Assembly: GCF_000253055.1 (NCBI RefSeq)
Contig: NC_016070.1
Location: 330,001-362,000 of the forward strand
Direction of reading: 5' to 3'
Source of the DNA: Thermoproteus tenax Kra 1
Lineage (GTDB): Archaea > Thermoproteota > Thermoprotei > Thermoproteales > Thermoproteaceae
Length of the DNA stretch: 32,000 nucleotides
Positions 31,517-32,000 of the stretch are shown piece after piece. Below the pieces are notes generated by a model. That model was given only the letters and a program-made list of their open reading frames with translations, was not told the DNA's origin and did not search any database. Made by a program: the position numbers and the translations under genes. Each line of letters begins with the position of its first letter. The stretch's first letter is position 1.

Positions 31517-32000
31517 AGCGCCAACACGGCCAACAGAGTCGCCCCTATGACGAGCTCGGGCGATGCGAACTGGTACGAGTAGAGTCTGACTATCTGATAT
31601 ATCGCGGCCCCCGCCAAGAACCCGTACTTCCTGGACACAAGCGCGCCGATCAGAGAGGCGACCACGAGCTCCCCCGAAGTAGTCCAGTAGGCAAAGTCGG
31701 GGGTCACTATATTTGTGGCGTAGGCGACCAACGCGCCTCCCAACGCTGCGAACGTCGCAGCTACAGCGGTGCCCAGAGCGACGTTTAGTCTCGGGCTGGC
31801 GCCCAGAGCTACTGCTCTGAGCTCGTTGATCCTTATGCCCGCCGCTATTCTGCCCATCCTCGTCTCAGGGAAGGCGGAGGAGAAGTAGAGCGCCGCTAGA
31901 ACCAACGCGGCTGCGACTAGGTAGAGTTGCGGCGTGTGCAACGTTGTGCCGGCCAGCTGCGGCGGAGGGAGCACTATTCCGTTGCTCCCGCCAGTTATAT
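31483..32000 (-). CDS. livM: Branched-chain amino acid ABC transporter permease (LivM-type), C-terminal part; gene continues past window end
   Basis: The frame stays open to the window edge (...ITGGSNGIVLPPPQLAG...). The TGGxNG(I/L) motif and TM pattern are typical of LivM. It overlaps the livG start. Confidence 0.7.
   Translation of the reverse strand, partial: ITGGSNGIVLPPPQLAGTTLHTPQLYLVAAALVLAALYFSSAFPETRMGRIAAGIRINELRAVALGASPRLNVALGTAVAATFAALGGALVAYATNIVTPDFAYWTTSGELVVASLIGALVSRKYGFLAGAAIYQIVRLYSYQFASPELVIGATLLAVLALWRRLFSRRLG

Overview
This is a high-G+C, gene-dense archaeal chromosome segment, most likely from a Thermoproteales crenarchaeon (Pyrobaculum/Thermoproteus-like). The clues are a PaREP1-family gene, a 24-25-nt CRISPR repeat, TATA-like boxes about 18-30 nt upstream of start codons (leaderless mRNAs), many GTG/TTG starts and frequent ATGA/GTGA stop-start overlaps. 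The flanks are housekeeping. On the left (1-11.1 kb) lie an aldo/keto reductase, NMN adenylyltransferase, a Trm10-like/PaaI/rhomboid operon, a thermopsin-like protease, a YjbQ-ThrC-GGT operon and a secreted GH12-like/beta-helix cluster. On the right (22.2-32 kb) lie an MFS transporter, an ABC-2 operon, DUF169, an APC permease, inorganic pyrophosphatase and LivFGM. The centre (about 11.2-21.9 kb) looks like an accessory/defence island. It holds PaREP1, about 660 bp of purine-rich non-coding DNA, and a McrBC-like pair whose McrB has no room for an N-terminal DNA-reader domain. It also holds a cas-less CRISPR array (7 perfect and 1 degenerate repeat). Next comes a divergent four-gene cluster: two ABC-type (AAA_15/21-like) ATPases, a wHTH gene and a 177-aa Toprim-like protein translationally coupled to one ATPase. 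The island's right edge is marked by a chimeric pseudogene and a tandem-repeat coiled-coil/nuclease-fold gene. The ATPase/wHTH/ATPase/Toprim-like cluster (16741-20356) is my best candidate for an undescribed defence system. A second candidate is a six-gene, overlap-coupled operon at 23575-26365: ABC-2 exporter, ArsR, membrane coiled-coil protein, an unlisted 39-aa ORF and a 15-residue-repeat beta-solenoid. All functional calls come from motif recognition by eye, and no database search was run. Coordinates not taken from the ORF track were hand-counted and may be off by 1-2 nt.
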